In this document: one piece after another, positions 59,688-64,000 of the stretch
Numbering within the stretch: position 1 is the first letter of the stretch
How the letters are laid out: each line of letters opens with the position of its first letter
DNA from: Anthoceros angustus
Lineage: Eukaryota > Plantae > Anthocerotophyta
NCBI GenBank assembly: GCA_010909165.1
Contig: VJWM01000209.1
Span: 186,001-250,000 of the forward strand
Reading direction: 5' to 3'
DNA length: 64,000 bases
Notes under the pieces: model-generated
Database searches by the model: none
What the model saw: the letters and a program-made list of their open reading frames with translations, nothing else
Told to the model about the DNA's origin: nothing
Position numbers and translations under genes: made by a program

Positions 59688-61931
59688 CTAGTAGTCGTGA
59701 ACAGCCTCGATCCTAATGGGAACACCGCTATTGGGGCATGGCAGACCCGAGACGTCTCGCCCAGTGTCTGGCTTAGCTACTGTCCACCTGTTTGGGCACC
59801 GGTGGGTTAGCCAAGAAGCACGTATGTGGGGACGGGAATTGTAATTGACTTTGTGAGCTAATGAGCCCGGGACGCACCTGAATTTGAGCGTCATGTGATG
59901 CAACATCACTTTCAAGTTCATTAGTGCCAGCTCCTTCCCAAGGCACAATCTGGTTCCACCTCCAAATGCCACCAGGGTGTATGGCTTCGGTGGCACCTGT
60001 TCGTAGGCACGGAACGCAGTATGTCACAAGATAACTTCCATGGGAAGAAATGGTTCGTTGTCTATGCTTCGGAGATGACTGTAGTGATTTCCAGTATTGA
60101 ATTCAAGCATCAGGCTGCTTACATCGAAGCGAGAGGGATTGAACCTCTCCGGGTCTTGGAAGACTTCTGGACTGTGGTGCGAGCCGTGAAGGTCTAGCAT
60201 AAGGTTCCAGCCTTTAGGAATGTGGTATCCTGCAGGTGGCACATGTGTGTCAGGTGGAGAAATCATTTTGGGAATCAAGCAATGTGACCCATGTTAGGAC
60301 TTGGAGTAGGAAAGAAACCTGGACGGTTTGCAAATGCCAGGTGCAGCATACATACCGTTGAATGTAAAGTCCTCCTTGACCTGTCGATGCAACCAGAAAA
60401 CGAGAGAAGACACTCGGAGTGCCTCGTTGATCACCTGCATGCACATGAGACAAAGACAGACGGATCTTAGTTTACGCCAGATTCCAGTGAGTAGTGGGCC
60501 ACAACTACGTTGGAGAATGTTGAGGGATCCGAGTCTCACTTTCAAGGTGTAGGCCATCGGTTGGCCGAGATCCGCCCATGTCAGTGGCTCTCCAGCTTGT
60601 TTGTTTCTTCTCAGAGCCAAATGCTCAGCCTACAGTTGCAAACAGAAAAACCAAAAGCCAGGATGGGGCTCGCTTGGATCCAAGCTGTTCCAAACCAATT
60701 TCGTTTCCTATGGACGACGTAGCTGTGATATATCCCCGGGGCCAGGCTCACCAGCAGCTTCTCCTTGACGCTGGGATTCTCATGCAGCAGCTTGGCAAGC
60801 CAGGTGAGTGTGTTGGTGGTGGTCTCAAAGCCAGCAACGATCATGGTGAGCACATTGTCCCTCAGCTGCTCGTCGTTCAGGGCAGGCTTGTCGCTGGAAG
60901 AATCGGGGTCCACTGCCTTCATCATTTCGTTCAGCAGGTCGCTGCGAACAACTTTCCCGCTCCTTCTCAGCGCGAATTCGGTGTCGAACATTTTGCCCAG
61001 CTCCTTTCTTGCCTGCACGCCCAATCCACTTGCGTTGTTCGGTTTATTGCGGCCCATCGCAAGCCTTGGGAGAAATTGGACACCTGTGCTCCAAATTAGG
61101 CCTGGAATGAATTCGCACCTGCATGGCCTTGTGAAAGGCGAATCCAGGAAGATTGATGGGCACCGTGAGCAAGCTGGTACTCACTGTTTTGGTGAGCTCC
61201 AAGCTCCTGTCACGCACTGGACCAGGACCCCAGCTCAGCACCATTCCCACGATCACATGATAAGCGAACTGCGCACCGTGAGCAACTACCAGTTAGCAAA
61301 CATCACGATCTCCGCGCAAACATTGCAATTAGATTGCAGACAAACGGTAAGAGTGGCCCAATTCTGGTGCACGCACCTTGGCGATGTCGTGTCTCATGAC
61401 GAGGACGTCGCCCAGTTTCCAGGAACTGAGCGTCTCGAGAGCCGATTGCTCCACCACCGGCAGGTACTTCCTAATGCTTTCGCCCATGAAGGTTTCGTTG
61501 AGAATTTTGCGATAGAGCTTGTGCGTGGGGCCGTGCACATTGAGGAGCGACTCCTCGCCCACCAGCTTCCTCGTGGGGAGGAACTGACGCGCCTGTACCA
61601 GCTTGTCATCGCTTGAGAACAATAGCTTGGCCGCCTCGGCGCCCCTGAAAAACACGTACGGAGTCCCCAACAGGTGCGACTTGAACACGTTGCCATGCTC
61701 GCCAAAGCGCTTGATCCCGAACGCCTCCGGATCTCCGATCTTCAAGTAGCCCATCAGATCCATCGTCTCTCCCAGCAGCGGGAAGCCCATGGTCCCGGGC
61801 AGCTGCTTCCAATTGGACCCCTTGGGCGCCCTTATCCCTCTCCGGATCCTCTCGCGCTCCCAGTACCACCACGCTGGCCAGGCCAAAGCCAGTGCTAGCA
61901 CCGCAAACGCCACTCCTATCTCCACACCCAT
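59688..61931 (-). CDS. Cytochrome P450, CYP85 clan, paralogue C (apparently intact)
   Basis: LPGTMGFPLLGET, IVAGFETTTNT, VINEALR, PERFNPSRF and AFGGGTRLCLGKEL. No frameshifts were seen in the exons. Confidence 0.95.
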
Positions 61932-62564
61932 GGCTACCCTCCGATTCTTTCAACAACAACGGAATTCAATGTAAATAATGCAAAGGCAACTGCTCGCCCT
62001 TCCACTTCACGCAATGCTCTTCAGCTGTGGCTTGTGAACACTAAGTTGCAAGCAGAGATTCCGGATACCGGATTCCAAAGCGAACTGCCGACAAAAGCTC
62101 TCTCGTCGGTATTGAGGGGTCCTGCAAGTGTGAGGGATTCTGACAAGGTGCCGATGCCGCAAGCCCGTCCCCCTCCTGTGGGACCGTTAGCCGCCGGGGA
62201 ATGTGGAATGTGCGTTTACGGCCTCTTTCTGGCGGGGCCATATGTGCGAGGAGAAAGAAAGGCGCGTCCTTCCAAGAGTAGCAGAAAATAGAATGTGCGG
62301 GGCGTGGAGCAATGGAGGATGTTTTGATAGACTAGGAAGTGGGAAACTGTCCAAAGGCGAAGGCAGGTATACCTGGCAGTGCATATCCTGTACGCCGATA
62401 CAAACATGAACGCTGTTGCCGGATATGCTGGTGGGTATACACAGTCCACATCATCATTGACTATCATGGTCATCGTTTAATTGTTTGCCAATCCCATCCG
62501 ACTCTGCTCTCCGGATCCGGATCCGGAACGACGGATAGCCCCCACCGGATTCAGCTGGCTCGAC

Positions 62565-64000
62565 ATGGCGGCAGAGGGAACGGAATTGTGGTTGGCACTC
62601 ATCTTGGGCCTCCCGCTGCTCCTCTTGGCCTGGATCTTCGCCTTCTCCCGATCGCTGCAGCGACAGGCGGCCCGAAACGGCGCCGCTGCGCAAGTTCCTG
62701 GCAGCTTCTGGCAGCTGCCTCTGGCGGGGGACACCATTGAGTTCTTGCGCGCTGGCTTTCCCGATGACTTCCTCCTGCCTCGGATAGAGCGGTGAGGGCC
62801 CATGCCCCATGTGCAATCACCAATGCACACTAGCTTCACAATGTGTGTGTCTGCTACCCTCACCATGCCCGCCTTCTGGAGCTGACCGTGCAGTGTGGCA
62901 TTTGCAATTGGGCCTGCAGGTACGGTCCGGTTTTCAGGACGCACCTGCTGGGTCGCCCCACGGTGTGCGTCACCTCCGCGGAGGCCGTCAAGTTCGTGTT
63001 GCAGTCGCCTAGATTGTTCACCAATGCTTTCCCCAATCCGGCGCGGGTGCTGTTTGGCGAGCATTCCATCTTCCACGTGGAGGGAGAGGAACACAATCGG
63101 CTTCGAAAAATCATCCACGCTCCCCTCTTTCCAGAGGCTCTCAAACACTTCCCTGCGCAGGTGGACAGCATTGTCAGCGGCTTGTTTGAGGACTGGGGGT
63201 CCGCTGAGGTGATCTCTTGCGTAGAGGAACTCAAAACGGTCAGCTCCTGCCCATATCCTCATCTGCACCGGGTCTCGAATTCCATTTTCTTGTCATTCTC
63301 TACATCTGCACCCCTGAGCCAGATCTTGACTTCGCTCCTCCCCGGCCCTGCAGTTCGCTTTCCGCGTTGGCCTGAAAATCTCCTGCGACACTTTAACAGC
63401 GGCAGAGAAACGCGACGTGCTTGCCTTGTTTCACGAATTCGAAGCAGGGCTCATGGCCGTACCACTTAGGCTTCCGGGGACAACGTACAGCAAAGCTTTG
63501 ATTGTAGGGGCCTCCTTCTTGGAAACCCCACGCCCACCGTCCGAATTCCTGCTCAATGCCTGCGTATGAACCATTTAACAGTTGTGTCACATGTATGGCT
63601 GCAGGCACGTGACAAGATCATCGCGATCCTGGAAAAGGTGATTGAGGAGAGGCAGGCGGAAAAGGGATCAGTAGAGCGCAATGACCTGCTTCAGGCCTTC
63701 CTTTCCTGGGAGAAGAATTCGCAGAAATTGGACAAACGTCAAGTAGCAGACAATATGCTCAGTATCCTGCTCGCATCCCATGATACTGTGGCAGGAACCA
63801 TTAGTCTGGTCATCCGGAATTTTTGTATCTATCCTTCACTTTACCAGGAAGTGCAGGTAGATGGCTGCTTTCATTTTTGTTCTCTGAACAACATCATCCT
63901 GCTCCTCAAGCAGGCCTGCCATCATCACTGATTGCATAATTTTGGATGCATGTAGGAGGAGCAGGATGCAATTGCAAGAGCCAAAGTTTCCGCGAGCGAT
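62565..64000 (+). CDS. Divergent cytochrome P450, CYP85 clan (runs off window end)
   Basis: TM anchor, PGSFWQLPLAGDT, YGPVFRTHLLGRPTV, LFGEHSIF..EGEEH..LRK and I-helix DNMLSILLASHDT. It has an extra intron after exon 1 compared with paralogues A-C. Confidence 0.9.

Overview
This is eukaryotic land-plant DNA. Short (~100 bp) GT-AG introns, GC-rich exons and BAHD, CYP85-clan and LRR sequences suggest a bryophyte or hornwort-like genome (inference). The left ~48 kb is a nest of mobile elements. (i) A Ty3/gypsy pol carries a DNMT3-like C5 cytosine methyltransferase just upstream of RT. (ii) Two copies of a ~10-12 kb element encode an intron-containing Crypton/DUF3504-type tyrosine recombinase plus a divergent unknown gene. 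(iii) A truncated Ty1/copia with an extra 5' ORF is inserted in a BAHD pseudogene. The second recombinase element is split by an apparent ~20.7 kb inversion (27203-47868). The right ~14 kb is a candidate specialised-metabolism cluster with three closely related CYP85-clan P450 genes, one duplicated fragment, a fourth divergent P450 and a BAHD acyltransferase. An ETR-like MDR reductase at 28.5-30 kb would sit ~3.4 kb from the first P450 if the inversion is undone. A U6 snRNA pseudogene lies just upstream of the BAHD. Many frameshifts and 0.2-1.7 kb tandem duplications may be long-read assembly artefacts, so pseudogene calls are provisional. All protein motifs were read and aligned by eye; no database searches were run.
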